Assembly (NCBI GenBank): GCA_018970545.1
Contig: JAGWWC010000004.1
Span: 828-64,827, forward strand
Length of the DNA: 64,000 bases
Direction of reading: 5' to 3'
From: Betaproteobacteria bacterium
Lineage (GTDB): Bacteria > Pseudomonadota > Gammaproteobacteria > Burkholderiales > Burkholderiaceae_A
Positions 26,116 through 38,992 of this stretch are shown piece after piece. A program made the translations under genes and the position numbers. How positions within the stretch are numbered: position 1 is the first letter of the stretch; the number at the start of each line of letters is the position of its first letter. The notes beneath the pieces were generated by a model. It was not told the DNA's origin, searched no databases, and worked only from the letters and a program-made list of their open reading frames with translations.

Positions 26116-28121
26116 TACTTCACCATCGGAGCGGGGTTCATGACCGGCGCAAACCACCAGAGCATGAGCGCAACGCCAAGGATCATGGCAATCGCATAGT
26201 GATAGAGATAACCGGTCTGGCCGATTCGCATAATCGAAGCAATCGCGGCGACTACCCGGGCACTACCGTTGACCAGAAAGCCATCAATCAGGCCCTGGTC
26301 GGCCCGCTTCCAGAGCTGCCCGCCAATAAGCCGTGCACCTCCGGCGAAAACAAACTCGTTGAAGCGGTCCATAAAGTACTTCTGATCCAGCAGCCGATGA
26401 ATCGCAGAAAACTGAACGGACAGCCGTGCAGGAATTGCGGGATTCACCAGATAAAAATAAGCGGCCGTGCCGACACCGGCTAAGGCGAGCCAAAATGGCA
26501 GGGTCTGGATGCTGTGCAGGCCCAGGGCAAATGCACCATGAAACTGGGACGCCAGCGACGCCATGGCCGGATGACTCGGATCCACAGCAATCACGCCCTT
26601 AAAATACTCTCCGAAGAGCATCGGACCAATCGCGACCGCGCCCAACACGACCGACGGGACCGCAAGCGCGATCAAAGGCAGTGTCACCACCCAGGGGGAT
26701 TCGTGTGGTGCTCCACCGTGGTGGCCGTGATCATCATGACCACCGTGGGCATGGCCACCGGCAGCCCAGCGGGGCTTGCCGTGAAAGACCAGAAAGAACA
26801 TCCGAAAGCTATAAAAGGCGGTGACAAATACGCCCAGCAGCAGCATCCCGTACGCCACGGATGCAGCAGCAAGATTTGAGGCGCCAACTGCCTCGATGAT
26901 CATGTCTTTTGAGTAAAACCCAGAGAAAAACGGCGCACCAATTAAAGCCAACGATCCCAGCAATGACACCGCCCAGGTAATGGGCATCTTCCTCCACAGG
27001 CCACCCATATTTCGGATATCTTGATCATGATGCATGCCGATAATCACCGAGCCGGCCGCTAAGAATAAAAGCGCCTTGAAAAACGCGTGGGTCATGAGGT
27101 GAAAAAATGCCACCGAATAAGCAGATGCGCCTAAGGCTACCGTCATATAGCCCAGCTGCGACAGTGTCGAGTAGGCCACCACGCGCTTGATGTCATTTTG
27201 TACGATGCCCAGAAAACCCATAAACAGCGCCGTGATCGCGCCGATGATTAAAACAAACGAGAGCGCGATATCACTTAATTCAAACAGCGGCGACATCCGG
27301 GCCACCATAAAGATTCCGGCGGTCACCATTGTGGCCGCATGAATCAGGGCTGAGATCGGAGTTGGGCCTTCCATCGAGTCCGGCAGCCAGACATGCAGCG
27401 GAAACTGTGCTGACTTGCCCATCGCGCCGATAAATAAGCAGATGCAGGCGACTGCCAAGAGCGGCCAGTCTTGGTCGGGCAGTAAGGTGATGGTCTTGCC
27501 GGCAAGCTCAGGCGCTGCGGCAAAGGTCGCCGCATAGTCCAACGATCCTGTTGCCGACAGCAGCAGGCCAATACCGAGAATAAAACCGAAATCTCCAACC
27601 CGGTTCACGAGAAACGCTTTTAAGTTGGCAACAATCGCGGTCGGCCGCGTGTACCAAAATCCAATTAGGAGATAAGAGACTAAGCCCACCGCCTCCCAGC
27701 CAAAAAAGAGCTGCAGGAAGTTATTGCTCATCACCAGCATGAGCATCGCGAAGGTAAAAAGCGAGATATAGCTAAAAAAGCGCTGATAACCTGGGTCATC
27801 CCGCATATAGCCGATGGTGTAGACATGCACGGCCAGCGAGACCGATGTAATCACCACCATCATAGTGGCCGACAGGCTATCAATCAGAAAGCCGACCTCA
27901 AACCGCAGGCCTGCCACCTCAGCCCAGGTGTAGACCGGCCCATTAAACGTGTTGCCCGACAGCACATCGGACAACACCAATAGGCTCGCCAACAAGGATG
28001 CGGCAACGCCCGAAATGGTGGCCCAGTGGGCGCCTGCTCGGCCCACATAGCGGCCAAAAAGCCCCGCCACGATGGCCCCCAGCAAGGGGGCAAGCGGCAC
28101 AAGGGAATACAGCAGCTTCAT
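26115..28121 (-). CDS. nuoL: NADH-quinone oxidoreductase subunit L
   Basis: GKSAQFPLHVWLPDSMEGPTP and HAFFKALLFL motifs. Confidence 0.96.
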   Translation of the reverse strand: MKLLYSLVPLAPLLGAIVAGLFGRYVGRAGAHWATISGVAASLLASLLVLSDVLSGNTFNGPVYTWAEVAGLRFEVGFLIDSLSATMMVVITSVSLAVHVYTIGYMRDDPGYQRFFSYISLFTFAMLMLVMSNNFLQLFFGWEAVGLVSYLLIGFWYTRPTAIVANLKAFLVNRVGDFGFILGIGLLLSATGSLDYAATFAAAPELAGKTITLLPDQDWPLLAVACICLFIGAMGKSAQFPLHVWLPDSMEGPTPISALIHAATMVTAGIFMVARMSPLFELSDIALSFVLIIGAITALFMGFLGIVQNDIKRVVAYSTLSQLGYMTVALGASAYSVAFFHLMTHAFFKALLFLAAGSVIIGMHHDQDIRNMGGLWRKMPITWAVSLLGSLALIGAPFFSGFYSKDMIIEAVGASNLAAASVAYGMLLLGVFVTAFYSFRMFFLVFHGKPRWAAGGHAHGGHDDHGHHGGAPHESPWVVTLPLIALAVPSVVLGAVAIGPMLFGEYFKGVIAVDPSHPAMASLASQFHGAFALGLHSIQTLPFWLALAGVGTAAYFYLVNPAIPARLSVQFSAIHRLLDQKYFMDRFNEFVFAGGARLIGGQLWKRADQGLIDGFLVNGSARVVAAIASIMRIGQTGYLYHYAIAMILGVALMLWWFAPVMNPAPMVK

Positions 28122-28127
28122 ACCGCC

Positions 28128-28433
28128 CTAGCCTTTCAACTCATCAAGCTCTTCGACCTCAACCGTATTGAGATTACGAAAGAGCACCACAAGAATCGCC
28201 AGCCCGATCGCTGACTCCGCAGCCGCAACCGTCAGAATGAAGAACACAAAAATCTGGCCGGCGGCATCACCGAGATAGTGTGAAAATGCAATGAAATTCA
28301 TATTGACGGCCAGCAGCATCAGCTCAATGGCCATCAGCAGCACAATCAGATTCTTACGATTCATGAAAATGCCGATCACCGAGATCGCAAAAAGAATCGC
28401 CCCAAGGGTCAGAAAATGCGCCAGCGTCAGCAC
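28128..28433 (-). CDS. nuoK: NADH-quinone oxidoreductase subunit K
   Basis: IELMLLAVN and [10 protein letters not shown] motifs. Confidence 0.95.
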   Translation of the reverse strand: MLTLAHFLTLGAILFAISVIGIFMNRKNLIVLLMAIELMLLAVNMNFIAFSHYLGDAAGQIFVFFILTVAAAESAIGLAILVVLFRNLNTVEVEELDELKG

Positions 28434-28434
28434 C

Positions 28435-29100
28435 CTAGCCCCCTTTTCCCGGCGGAGCTGATTCCGCCGCCCCGGGCTCTTGCGGCGCCGTCTTTGCCTT
28501 GATCACCGGCGCAACGCTCACCAACCGAACGCGATCGGCGGCCTTCACCTTGACCTGCTCGGCCGGACTTTGGAACTTGGAGTCCTTTCGCCGCCGTAGT
28601 GTCAGCGCAATCGCCGCCACAATGGCCACCAGCAAAATCACGGCGGCGATCTCAAAAGCGTAAACATAGTCGGTGTAAATCAGCCGCCCGAGGGCCTTGG
28701 TGTTGTCAAAGTTTGGCGGCAACGGCGCAACAGTCGCCTCGGGCACATTGAAGCTTCGAATCAGCACGGCCGACATCTCAAACACAATCAGGCCGCCCAC
28801 AGGCGCTGCCACGCGCAGATTGGCCCAAAAACCCTGCCGTAGTTTCTCGAGATCAAAGTCCACCATCATGACCACGAATAAAAACAGCACCATGACAGCG
28901 CCGACGTACACCAACACCAGAGTAATCGCGAGAAACTCGGCCCGCAGCAGCAGCCAAATGGCGGCAGCACTAAAAAAGCTCAGCACCAGGTAGAGCACCG
29001 CATGGACCGGATTACGTGCAGTGATCACCCGCAGGGCCGCAAAGACCAAAATCGCAGCGAACGTATAAAACAAGGAGAGCGTGAGTTCTAGCATAGACAT
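28435..29100 (-). CDS. nuoJ: NADH-quinone oxidoreductase subunit J
   Basis: NPVHA and [16 protein letters not shown]; start at 29100 or 29094. Confidence 0.93.
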   Translation of the reverse strand: MSMLELTLSLFYTFAAILVFAALRVITARNPVHAVLYLVLSFFSAAAIWLLLRAEFLAITLVLVYVGAVMVLFLFVVMMVDFDLEKLRQGFWANLRVAAPVGGLIVFEMSAVLIRSFNVPEATVAPLPPNFDNTKALGRLIYTDYVYAFEIAAVILLVAIVAAIALTLRRRKDSKFQSPAEQVKVKAADRVRLVSVAPVIKAKTAPQEPGAAESAPPGKGG

Positions 29101-29101
29101 C

Positions 29102-29590
29102 CTAGCGGTACGGCGCGTCGGCCTCCCGTGCAGCAGCGATCTCATTTTCGTAACGATCCCCAACCGCCAGCAGCATCTCTTTTGTGAAATACAGATCTCC
29201 GCGCTTTTCGCCGTGATATTCGTGAATCTGAGTCTCCACAATTGAATCTACCGGACAGCTCTCCTCGCAAAAGCCACAGAAAATACATTTCGTGAGATCG
29301 ATGTCGTAGCGTGTGGTGCGACGGGTACCGTCCTCGCGAACTGTCGATTCAATCGTGATGGCCTGGGCTGGGCAGACCGCCTCACAAAGTTTGCAGGCAA
29401 TGCAGCGTTCCTCGCCATTGGGGTATCGGCGCAACGCGTGCAGACCACGAAAGCGCGGCGACATCGGGGTCTTTTCTTCGGGATACTGAATCGTGATCTT
29501 GCGGGCAAACAAATAGCGGCCCGTCAATGCCATGCCCCGCAGCATCTCCAGCAGCAGAAACGAACGCAGAAAATTAACGACGGTGCTCAT
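29102..29590 (-). CDS. nuoI: NADH-quinone oxidoreductase subunit I
   Basis: Two CxxCxxCxxxCP motifs. Confidence 0.97.
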   Translation of the reverse strand: MSTVVNFLRSFLLLEMLRGMALTGRYLFARKITIQYPEEKTPMSPRFRGLHALRRYPNGEERCIACKLCEAVCPAQAITIESTVREDGTRRTTRYDIDLTKCIFCGFCEESCPVDSIVETQIHEYHGEKRGDLYFTKEMLLAVGDRYENEIAAAREADAPYR

Positions 29591-29605
29591 CGGCGTCTCA
29601 CCCCA

Positions 29606-30673
29606 TCACCAGATTGACCAGGGCGTCTGCATCCAGGCCCCGACAACGACAAGCCAAATCAACGTGACTGGAATAAAAATCTTCCAGCCAAGCCGCATGA
29701 TTTGGTCATAGCGGTAGCGGGGAAACGAGGCCCGCATCCAGATAAATACGCTGACCACCAAAAACGCTTTTAGTCCGAGCCAAATCCAGCCGGGGATGAA
29801 ATCCAAGACGGCAATGGGCGCATCCCATCCACCCAGGAACATGATGGCGGCCAGTGTAGAGAGCAAAATCATATTGGCGTACTCCGCCAGGAAGAACACG
29901 GCAAATGCCATGCCGGAGTACTCCACCATGTGGCCCGCCACGATCTCTGATTCGCCTTCCACAACGTCAAAAGGATGGCGATTTGTTTCGGCCACACTGG
30001 AAACGAAATACACCACGGCCACAGGCAAAAGCGGCAGCCAATTCCACGACAAGAAATTCAATCCGAGCTGCTCGGCAAACAGGCCCTTTTGCTGACCCAC
30101 GACGATCTCGGTGAGATTCAAGCTGCCCGAGACCATGAGCACGGAGACCAAGGCAAAACCAATTGCCAGTTCATAAGAGACCATTTGTGCCGAGGCCCGC
30201 ATCGCAGCCAAAAATGCGTATTTTGAATTCGAAGCCCAGCCAGCAAGGATGACGCCATAGACCTCAATCGACGTGATGGCCAGCAGCAGCAGTAAACCGG
30301 CGTTGATATTAGAGAGCACCACATCGGGCCCAAATGGAATCACGGCCCATGCGGCCATGGCCGGCATGATGGTCATGATCGGGCCCAAGATATAGAGCCC
30401 GCGGCTGGCCTGGGCCGGCATGATGATTTCTTTGGTCAGTAGCTTTAACGCATCGGCGATGGGCTGGAGCAGTCCCAGCGGGCCGACACGATTGGGGCCC
30501 AGACGCACGTGCATCCAGCCAATCAGCTTGCGCTCCCAGAGCGTGAGGTAAGCAACGCAGGCCAGTATGGGCAGCACCACCGCAACAATCTTGATCAGCA
30601 CCCACGCAACGGGCCAAGCCTCACCAAGGAGCGAGATCCCCATCTGTTGAACGCCGTCCAAGAGATCCTGCAT
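29606..30673 (-). CDS. nuoH: NADH-quinone oxidoreductase subunit H
   Basis: [25 protein letters not shown] and PRYRYDQ motifs. Confidence 0.96.
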   Translation of the reverse strand: MQDLLDGVQQMGISLLGEAWPVAWVLIKIVAVVLPILACVAYLTLWERKLIGWMHVRLGPNRVGPLGLLQPIADALKLLTKEIIMPAQASRGLYILGPIMTIMPAMAAWAVIPFGPDVVLSNINAGLLLLLAITSIEVYGVILAGWASNSKYAFLAAMRASAQMVSYELAIGFALVSVLMVSGSLNLTEIVVGQQKGLFAEQLGLNFLSWNWLPLLPVAVVYFVSSVAETNRHPFDVVEGESEIVAGHMVEYSGMAFAVFFLAEYANMILLSTLAAIMFLGGWDAPIAVLDFIPGWIWLGLKAFLVVSVFIWMRASFPRYRYDQIMRLGWKIFIPVTLIWLVVVGAWMQTPWSIW

Positions 30674-33037
30674 CTAGGCGACCTCCAGCTCGATCGGACC
30701 AATCATCTCGCCCAGCTGCGCGCTGACGGGATGGGCAGCCGAGAGTCGGGCAACACCATGCGCCAGCCGTGTATCGGCGGCGACCTCCACGACAGCAGCG
30801 GCGCGGCCGGACTGCAGACACTTCACCTTAGATCCGACAGCAAGCCCCAGCCGATCCATCTCTGCCGGATGCATCAAAAGCTTTGGCGATGCGCTGGCCC
30901 TGGTCTGCTGAAGGGCCTCGGCATGTCGACTCACGCTGTCGGCGCGATAGATGGGCACATCAGCAAGCCGAACGAGTCCTGTCCTTCCCTTGACGGCAAG
31001 GGGTTCGGCAGACTGCGGCGGCATAGGGCTGGCGGCAAGATTCATCACAATTTCGCCCAGCGTGGCATGGCCAATCACGGACTGACGGATATCTTCCGAA
31101 GACTCCGCATCAAAGCCTTCGAGCTCAAGCAGATTGCCCAGGACCCGCAGCACCTTCCATCCCGGCCGTGCCTCACCCAGCGGCCGCACCACCGCCTGCG
31201 TTGTCTGGGCCCGGCCCTCACAATTAATGTAAGTGCCCGAGGTCTCGGTATAGGGGGCGATTGGCAGCATGACATCCGCATGTTCCATCAGCCCATCTTT
31301 GAATGCAGAAAGCCCCACCACAAACTTCGCCTGCGACAGCGCAGCACCAGCCTGGTGAGGATTGCCACAGTCCATCAGCGGGTCAATGTTCACCAGCACA
31401 TAGGCCTCGGCTGCGGAAGCGAACATGCCGGCCGCATCGAGCCCGCCTTGCAGGGGCCGGGCCTTGGCCAGATAGCCGCCAACACCGTTGCCACCCTCCA
31501 CAGTAAATCCCAATCGGCAGCCCAAGGCGTCAGCGATCATCTGTGCAAAGCCCCAGATTGCGGCAGCATTTGGATGGGCAAGCACGCTGTTGCCCAAGAA
31601 GATTGCGGCCTTTGCGTTCGGCTCAGACGAATCGGCCAACATCTCGACAATCGCCCTTCCCTGTGGGCTGGGCTTGATGGACTTTAGTGCATCAGGCAGC
31701 GGCAATGATTTCATGGCAAGTGCTGCGGCGGCCATCTCAGCGACCGCCGGCACCCAGTCAGCGGGCGAAGCCAGCCACTGCTGCGCAATAGGCATCAACA
31801 AATCCTCCGCGCTCGCATGCAGCGTCGCGATGCGGGCACCGTGGCGCGCTGCCTGACGCAGGCGATGGGCAAGCAGCGGTTGATCCTGTCGTAAGAACGC
31901 GCCGATCAGCAACGCCCGATCCAACTGGCTGACCTGCGCGAGGCTGAGTCCGAGCGTGGGCACACCGCTGAACTGCTGATCAAAGCCAGCCTGGCCAAGC
32001 CGCGGGCGAAAATCAATCGAGTCACTTTTTAGGCCGCGCGTCAGTTGTGCCGCCAACGTCATTTCTTCGAGCGTGCTGTTGGGTGACATCAGCGTGCGCA
32101 CATGCTGCGGCCCATGCGAGGCAGCCGAACGCAGGGACTGGGCGACCTTCGCGAGGGCCTCTTCCCAGCCAGCCTCATGCCAGCGGCCATCAGCGCCGCG
32201 CATCATCGGGCGCGTTAAACGGTCGTGACTATTGAGCCCCTCATAACTAAACCGGTCCCGATCCGAGATCCAGCATTCGTTGATGGCCTCGTTGTCCATT
32301 GGAACAATACGCTTGACCTGGTTGTTCTTCGACTGCACCACGATGTTGGCACCGATGCTGTCCAAGGGGCTAATCGAGCGCTTGCGCGAAAGCTCCCAGG
32401 TCCGGGCAGAATAACGAAAGGGTTTGCTGGTCAGCGCACCAACGGGACAGACATCGATCATATTTCCGGAAAGTTCACTCTCAATCGCATTGCCCACAAA
32501 GGACATGATTTCGGAGTGCTCACCACGGCCGGCCATGCCGAGTTCCATCACGCCGGCAATCTCCTGGCCAAACCGTACGCATCGGGTGCAATGGATGCAG
32601 CGGCTCATCTCTTCGGCAGAAATCAGCGGCCCCATGGGCTTATGGAATACCACCCGCTTCTCTTCGGTGTAGCGCGACGCCGATGGGCCATAGCCAACCG
32701 CCAAGTCCTGCAGCTGACACTCGCCGCCCTGATCGCAGATCGGGCAATCCAGCGGGTGATTGATCAACAAAAATTCCATCACGCTTTTTTGCGCCGTCTT
32801 TGCCTTTGACGAGGCGGTGAAGACCCGCATGCCTGGGGTCACTGGCGTGGCACATGCCGGCAAGGCCTTGGGGGCTTTTTCCACTTCAACCAAGCACATG
32901 CGGCAATTGGCCGCAATCGAAAGCTTCTTGTGATAACAGAAATGCGGCACATATAAGCCAAGCCGATTGGCCGCATCCATCACCATGCTGCCCTCAGGCA
33001 CTTCAACTTTCTGGCCGTCGACTTCGAGTTCAATCAT
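30674..33037 (-). CDS. nuoG: NADH-quinone oxidoreductase subunit G
   Basis: CRMCLVE, HPLDCPICDQGGEC and CIHCTRC; ATG 33037 overlaps the nuoF TGA. Confidence 0.96.
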   Translation of the reverse strand: MIELEVDGQKVEVPEGSMVMDAANRLGLYVPHFCYHKKLSIAANCRMCLVEVEKAPKALPACATPVTPGMRVFTASSKAKTAQKSVMEFLLINHPLDCPICDQGGECQLQDLAVGYGPSASRYTEEKRVVFHKPMGPLISAEEMSRCIHCTRCVRFGQEIAGVMELGMAGRGEHSEIMSFVGNAIESELSGNMIDVCPVGALTSKPFRYSARTWELSRKRSISPLDSIGANIVVQSKNNQVKRIVPMDNEAINECWISDRDRFSYEGLNSHDRLTRPMMRGADGRWHEAGWEEALAKVAQSLRSAASHGPQHVRTLMSPNSTLEEMTLAAQLTRGLKSDSIDFRPRLGQAGFDQQFSGVPTLGLSLAQVSQLDRALLIGAFLRQDQPLLAHRLRQAARHGARIATLHASAEDLLMPIAQQWLASPADWVPAVAEMAAAALAMKSLPLPDALKSIKPSPQGRAIVEMLADSSEPNAKAAIFLGNSVLAHPNAAAIWGFAQMIADALGCRLGFTVEGGNGVGGYLAKARPLQGGLDAAGMFASAAEAYVLVNIDPLMDCGNPHQAGAALSQAKFVVGLSAFKDGLMEHADVMLPIAPYTETSGTYINCEGRAQTTQAVVRPLGEARPGWKVLRVLGNLLELEGFDAESSEDIRQSVIGHATLGEIVMNLAASPMPPQSAEPLAVKGRTGLVRLADVPIYRADSVSRHAEALQQTRASASPKLLMHPAEMDRLGLAVGSKVKCLQSGRAAAVVEVAADTRLAHGVARLSAAHPVSAQLGEMIGPIELEVA

Positions 33038-34356
33038 CAGACCGCGTCTCCTACCAGGCATCGCTTGTGCACGATGTGATGTTCAAATTCCGCACGGAAA
33101 TGCTTCAAAAAGGCTCGCACTGGCATCGCGGCGGCGTCACCCAAAGCGCATATGGTGCGGCCCATAATGTTTCCGGCAACCTCATCGAGCTTGGCCAAGT
33201 CCTCTGGGCTGCCCTGGCCCTTTTCGATCCGATTGACCATACGCCATAGCCAGCCAGTGCCCTCGCGGCAGGGAGTGCACTGGCCGCACGACTCTTCATA
33301 ATAAAAATACGACAAACGCAACAGACACCGAACCATGCAGCGTGTCTCATCCATCACGATGACGGCGCCTGAGCCCAACATCGAACCCGCCTTCGCGATC
33401 GCGTCGTAATCCATGTCGGTCGCCATCATGATCTCTGCTGGCAGCACTGGCATTGAGGAGCCGCCAGGAATCACCGCCTTTAAACGCTTGCCATCTCGCA
33501 TGCCGCCGGCCAGCTCCAGCAGCTTCGCAAACGGCGTGCCCAATGGAATTTCGTAATTGCCAGGCCGCTCCACATCGCCGGAAATGGAAAAGACCTTGGT
33601 GCCGCCGTTATTGGGTTTGCCCACTTCGAGGTAGGCCTGGCCGCCATGCCGAATAATCCAAGGCACGGCTGCAAATGTCTCGGTGTTGTTGATCGTCGTG
33701 GGCTTACCGTAGAGGCCAAAACTTGCGGGAAACGGTGGCTTAAAGCGCGGCTGGCCCTTTTTGCCTTCTAGTGATTCCAGCAGTGCGGTTTCCTCGCCGC
33801 AGATGTAGGCGCCATAGCCGTGGTGGGCCTGCAACTCAAAGGAGAATCCGCTGCTGAGAATATTTTCGCCAATCAATCCCGCCGCGCGTGCTTCATCCAA
33901 AGCCTGCTCAAAGCGCTCGTAAACTTCCCAAATTTCACCGTGAATATAGTTATAACCACGCGTCACGCCCATGGCGTAAGCCGCAATCGCCATTCCCTCG
34001 ATCACGATATGTGGGTTGTAGCGCAGGATGTCGCGGTCCTTGAATGTGCCCGGCTCACCTTCGTCAGAATTGCAAACGAGATACTTCTGAATCGGCAGCT
34101 TGGCGGGCATAAAGCTCCACTTCAGTCCAGTCGGAAATCCTGCGCCGCCGCGGCCTCGCAGGCCCGAAGCTTTGATCTCGGCGATGACCTCTTCAGGCTT
34201 CATGGTCCGCACGACTTTCTTTAAGGCCTCATAGCCGCCACGCGCAACGTAGTCCTTTAAGCTCCAGCCATCGGGGGTCAGGCCTGCCAAGATTTGTGGC
34301 GAGATGTGACGGCCATGAAAGCAGGTATCAATCAACGGAATCTCGGGTGCTCCCAC
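33037..34356 (-). CDS. nuoF: NADH-quinone oxidoreductase subunit F
   Basis: [27 protein letters not shown] and [12 protein letters not shown] motifs. Confidence 0.97.
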   Translation of the reverse strand: MGAPEIPLIDTCFHGRHISPQILAGLTPDGWSLKDYVARGGYEALKKVVRTMKPEEVIAEIKASGLRGRGGAGFPTGLKWSFMPAKLPIQKYLVCNSDEGEPGTFKDRDILRYNPHIVIEGMAIAAYAMGVTRGYNYIHGEIWEVYERFEQALDEARAAGLIGENILSSGFSFELQAHHGYGAYICGEETALLESLEGKKGQPRFKPPFPASFGLYGKPTTINNTETFAAVPWIIRHGGQAYLEVGKPNNGGTKVFSISGDVERPGNYEIPLGTPFAKLLELAGGMRDGKRLKAVIPGGSSMPVLPAEIMMATDMDYDAIAKAGSMLGSGAVIVMDETRCMVRCLLRLSYFYYEESCGQCTPCREGTGWLWRMVNRIEKGQGSPEDLAKLDEVAGNIMGRTICALGDAAAMPVRAFLKHFRAEFEHHIVHKRCLVGDAV

Positions 34357-34909
34357 TATCGGCCTCCCTGGGGTCGCGATGTGCTGCTCTGAGCTTCGGA
34401 CCGCAGCTCATTGAGTAAGGCATCGATCCGATCCTCAGACATCCAGCTGCACATCCGGTGATTGTTGATCAGCATCACGGGCGCATCACCGCAGGCACCC
34501 ATGCATTCGCCTTCTTTTAAAGTAAAGAGCCCATCTGGAGTGGTCTCATTAAATCCGATGCCCAGCTTTGCTTTGAGTATCTCCGCTGCATGATTGGCGT
34601 TGCGCAGCGCGCAAGGAAGGTTGGTGCAGACCGTCAGCTTGAATCGGCCGGTCGGGGTGAGGTCGTACATGTTGTAAAACGTAGCGACTTCATGCACTGC
34701 GATTGGTGGCATGCCGAGATAGGCGGCCACTTCGGCCTCGACCTCGGGCGATACCCATCCCACCTCGCGCTGAGCGATGGTCAAAGCCGACATCACCGCG
34801 GACTGCCGCTGATCTGCCGGATATTTCGCGATCTCACGGTCAATTTTTTTATAAGCCTCGGCCGACAGCACGGGGCCGCTGGGCCGCTCGGATAACGACA
34901 GCTGTACGC

Positions 34910-34913
<4 letters not shown>
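34356..34913 (-). CDS. nuoE: NADH-quinone oxidoreductase subunit E
   Basis: CTNLPC and ECMGAC 2Fe-2S ligands. Confidence 0.95.
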
Positions 34914-36163
<1,250 letters not shown>

Positions 36164-36174
36164 GTTCTATCGCT

Positions 36175-36768
36175 CTATTGCGCAATAAAGCCGCCGTAGT
36201 TTTCCTCGCGTCGAACACGCGGCACCTGATCGCGCGGCTCGATGGTCACCGGCTGATAGATGACCCGTTTCTGCTCCGGGTCGTAGCGCATCTCGACATA
36301 GCCCGACACCGGGAAGTCTTTGCGAAACGGGTGGCCCACAAAGCCGTAATCCGTCAGGATGCGGCGTAAATCATCATGGCCTTCGAAGACGATGCCGTAA
36401 AGATCAAAGGCCTCCCGCTCGTACCATCCGGCCGCAGTCCAGATCGACGTAGCCGAGGCGACCACCGGAAAATCATCATCGGGACAAAAGACCCGTACGC
36501 GAAGCCGTTGATTCAGCTCCACCGATAACAAATGCAGCACCACTGCAAACCGCGGGCCCTCATGGCCGCCCTCACGGTAATCCCGATAATCCATGCCACA
36601 AAGATCGACCAGCGTATCGAACCGTAACTCGGGCTCATCGCGCAGGCTGCGCAGCACGTCCAGACATTGATCGGCATGCACCGAAACCGTGGTCTCGTCT
36701 AAAGCCTGCCAGCAAGAGACGATTCGGCCGGCAAGTCGGCGCTCAATCACGTTTTGCAGTTCAGACAT
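36175..36768 (-). CDS. nuoC: NADH-quinone oxidoreductase subunit C
   Basis: [31 protein letters not shown] motif. Confidence 0.96.
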   Translation of the reverse strand: MSELQNVIERRLAGRIVSCWQALDETTVSVHADQCLDVLRSLRDEPELRFDTLVDLCGMDYRDYREGGHEGPRFAVVLHLLSVELNQRLRVRVFCPDDDFPVVASATSIWTAAGWYEREAFDLYGIVFEGHDDLRRILTDYGFVGHPFRKDFPVSGYVEMRYDPEQKRVIYQPVTIEPRDQVPRVRREENYGGFIAQ

Positions 36769-36772
36769 TCGG

Positions 36773-37252
36773 CTAGCTCCTGGCGATCGTGTTGGTACGC
36801 CGAATCTTGTTTTGCAGCTGAATAATGCCGTAGATCAAGGCCTCGGCGGTTGGCGGGCAGCCTGGCACATAGATATCCACCGGCACAATCCGATCGCAGC
36901 CTCTCACCACTGAGTAGCTGTAGTGGTAATAGCCGCCACCGTTTGCACAGGAGCCCATCGAGATCACCCAGCGTGGCTCGGGCATCTGATCGTAGACCTT
37001 GCGCAGTGCAGGTGCCATTTTGTTGCACAGTGTTCCAGCAACGATCATTAAGTCGGACTGCCGTGGGCTCGGCCGAAAGACAACGCCAAAACGATCCAGG
37101 TCGTACCGCGAGGCACCCGCATGCATCATTTCCACTGCACAGCAGGCCAGGCCGAAAGTCATGGGCCACAGCGACCCCGTCCGCGTCCAGTTGATAATGG
37201 TGTCGGCCGATGTGGTGAGAAATCCCTGCTTAAAGACGCCGTCAATTGCCAT
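36773..37252 (-). CDS. nuoB: NADH-quinone oxidoreductase subunit B
   Basis: GLACCAVEM and PGCPP motifs. Confidence 0.97.
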   Translation of the reverse strand: MAIDGVFKQGFLTTSADTIINWTRTGSLWPMTFGLACCAVEMMHAGASRYDLDRFGVVFRPSPRQSDLMIVAGTLCNKMAPALRKVYDQMPEPRWVISMGSCANGGGYYHYSYSVVRGCDRIVPVDIYVPGCPPTAEALIYGIIQLQNKIRRTNTIARS

Positions 37253-37267
37253 TGCTGGTTTGCCCCT

Positions 37268-37627
37268 TTATTCCCAATCCAGTGCGCCCTTCATCCACTC
37301 GTAGATGAAGCCCAGCACAAGAATGGTCAGAAATAACATCATTGACATAAAACCGAAAAAGCCAATGTCTTTGAGCGCAACAGCCCACGGAAAAAGAAAG
37401 GCGATCTCGAGATCAAACAGAATGAATAAGATGGCGACGAGGTAATACCGCACATCGAACTGTAGCCGAGCATCTTCAAAGGCCTCAAAGCCGCACTCAT
37501 ACGGCGAGAGTTTTTCGGCGTCAGGACGGCTCGGGCCCAGCACCTTGCCGACCGACATCGACGCCAGGCCAATGGCCCCGCCGACCAGAATGAACATTAA
37601 TACCGGTAGGTATTCTTCTAAATTCAC
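37268..37627 (-). CDS. nuoA: NADH-quinone oxidoreductase subunit A
   Basis: [17 protein letters not shown] and KGALDWE motifs. Confidence 0.96.
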   Translation of the reverse strand: MNLEEYLPVLMFILVGGAIGLASMSVGKVLGPSRPDAEKLSPYECGFEAFEDARLQFDVRYYLVAILFILFDLEIAFLFPWAVALKDIGFFGFMSMMLFLTILVLGFIYEWMKGALDWE

Positions 37628-37665
37628 GCCTCGTGTTCCCCGGGCAAGTTTTTGTTGTATCTCTT

Positions 37666-37750
37666 TGGTGCCGACGGCGAGACTCGAACTCGCACAGCTT
37701 GCGCCACTGCCCCCTCAAGACAGCGTGTCTACCAATTTCACCACGTCGGC
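37666..37750 (-). tRNA. tRNA-Leu(GAG)
   Basis: GCCGACGTGGTGAAATTGGTAGACACGCTGTCTTGAGGGGGCAG...GTTCGAGTCTCGCCGTCGGCACCA. Confidence 0.97.
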
Positions 37751-37807
37751 CTTAAAAGCTCCCTAAAACTGAGTCTACCTGACTGCGACAACTTTTTTGA
37801 TTTCAGC

Positions 37808-38188
37808 CTACTTTTTGGCTCCCGAATCAGCAGGCGCACCTGGCACCTGCGAGGCCGCAGGCGTACCTGCGGGCGCCGGCGACGCCGGCGGTGCGACAGG
37901 CACTTCGGAGGTGTTCTGCATCACGCTTCCCGCGCCTGAAGGTTGGCGGGCCTGTGTTGCCAGATACGACAGCGCAAGGGTCGCAATAAAAAATACTGTG
38001 GCAAGAATGGCGGTCGTTCGACTTAAAAAATTCGATGAGCCCGTAGCGCCAAATAAGCTGCCCGATGTGCCCGACCCGAAGGCTGCGCCCATATCTGCGC
38101 CCTTACCCTGCTGAAGTAAGACCAAGACAATGACGCCGATCGCCGACAAAACCTGCAGCGTTAACACCAGATTCATCAACCATCCCAT
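37808..38188 (-). CDS. secG: Preprotein translocase subunit SecG
   Basis: LLQQGKGADMGAAFGSG..NFLSRTT motif. Confidence 0.95.
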   Translation of the reverse strand: MGWLMNLVLTLQVLSAIGVIVLVLLQQGKGADMGAAFGSGTSGSLFGATGSSNFLSRTTAILATVFFIATLALSYLATQARQPSGAGSVMQNTSEVPVAPPASPAPAGTPAASQVPGAPADSGAKK

Positions 38189-38200
38189 AGCCGTTTCCTT

Positions 38201-38992
38201 TTACTCACCTGACATCGCACAAGCGATCTCGAAAAATTCTTTCGCCTCTAGCGAGGCGCCGCCCACCAGGGCACCATCGATATCCGGCTGAGCCGCCAGG
38301 GCCGCTGCCGTAGCCGCCTTTACACTGCCGCCGTAGAGCAGTCGAATCTGCGCTGCGGCCTGCGCGTTAATTTCGGACAGTGTTCTCCGAATGGCCGCAT
38401 GCATCTCTTGAGCCTGCTCGGGCGCTGCGCTGCGGCCCGTGCCAATCGCCCAAATGGGCTCGTAGGCAAACACTGCATGGCTTAAGAGTGCCTTGGCGTG
38501 AAGGGCCTGCGCGACGTGCCGCACCTGCAGACAGACAGACTCCACTGCCTGACCGCTGTCGCGAACCTGAATCGACTCACCCACGCAGATCAAAGGCACC
38601 AGGCCTGCATCGGCCAGAGCCACCGCCTTCGCGGCCACCACTGCGTCGGTCTCGGCATGCCGGGCCCGACGCTCTGAGTGCCCAACAATCGAAAACTGGG
38701 CTTCAAAGTCCTGCAACATTGCCACCGAGAACTCCCCCGTAAATGCGCCGGAGGTCTCCGCCGAGACGTCTTGGCTGCCCCAGCCCACTGAGTGGCCCGA
38801 CAGCCGCACCATGCTCTGAAAGAGATAAGGTGCGGGCACGGCAACTGCGCATTGCGCTACCGAGCCGCCAGCATGGTCCTCCAGCAGGCCAAGAAGCCCT
38901 GACAACAGGGCTTCATTATCTGAAAGCCCGCCGTTCATCTTCCAGTTGCCAACGACCCACGATGATCGCTGCAATGCAGCAGAGTTTAGCAT
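38201..38992 (-). CDS. tpiA: Triosephosphate isomerase
   Basis: GNWKMN, GHSERR, AYEPIWAIGTG, YGGSV and LVGGASL motifs. Confidence 0.96.
   Translation of the reverse strand: MLNSAALQRSSWVVGNWKMNGGLSDNEALLSGLLGLLEDHAGGSVAQCAVAVPAPYLFQSMVRLSGHSVGWGSQDVSAETSGAFTGEFSVAMLQDFEAQFSIVGHSERRARHAETDAVVAAKAVALADAGLVPLICVGESIQVRDSGQAVESVCLQVRHVAQALHAKALLSHAVFAYEPIWAIGTGRSAAPEQAQEMHAAIRRTLSEINAQAAAQIRLLYGGSVKAATAAALAAQPDIDGALVGGASLEAKEFFEIACAMSGE

Noticed and set aside
26700..26765. His-rich loop in NuoL
   Set aside because: A common variable loop in proteobacterial NuoL.
30509..31687. 392-aa plus-strand ORF
   Set aside because: Antisense shadow of nuoG/nuoH in GC-rich DNA, with no recognisable motifs.
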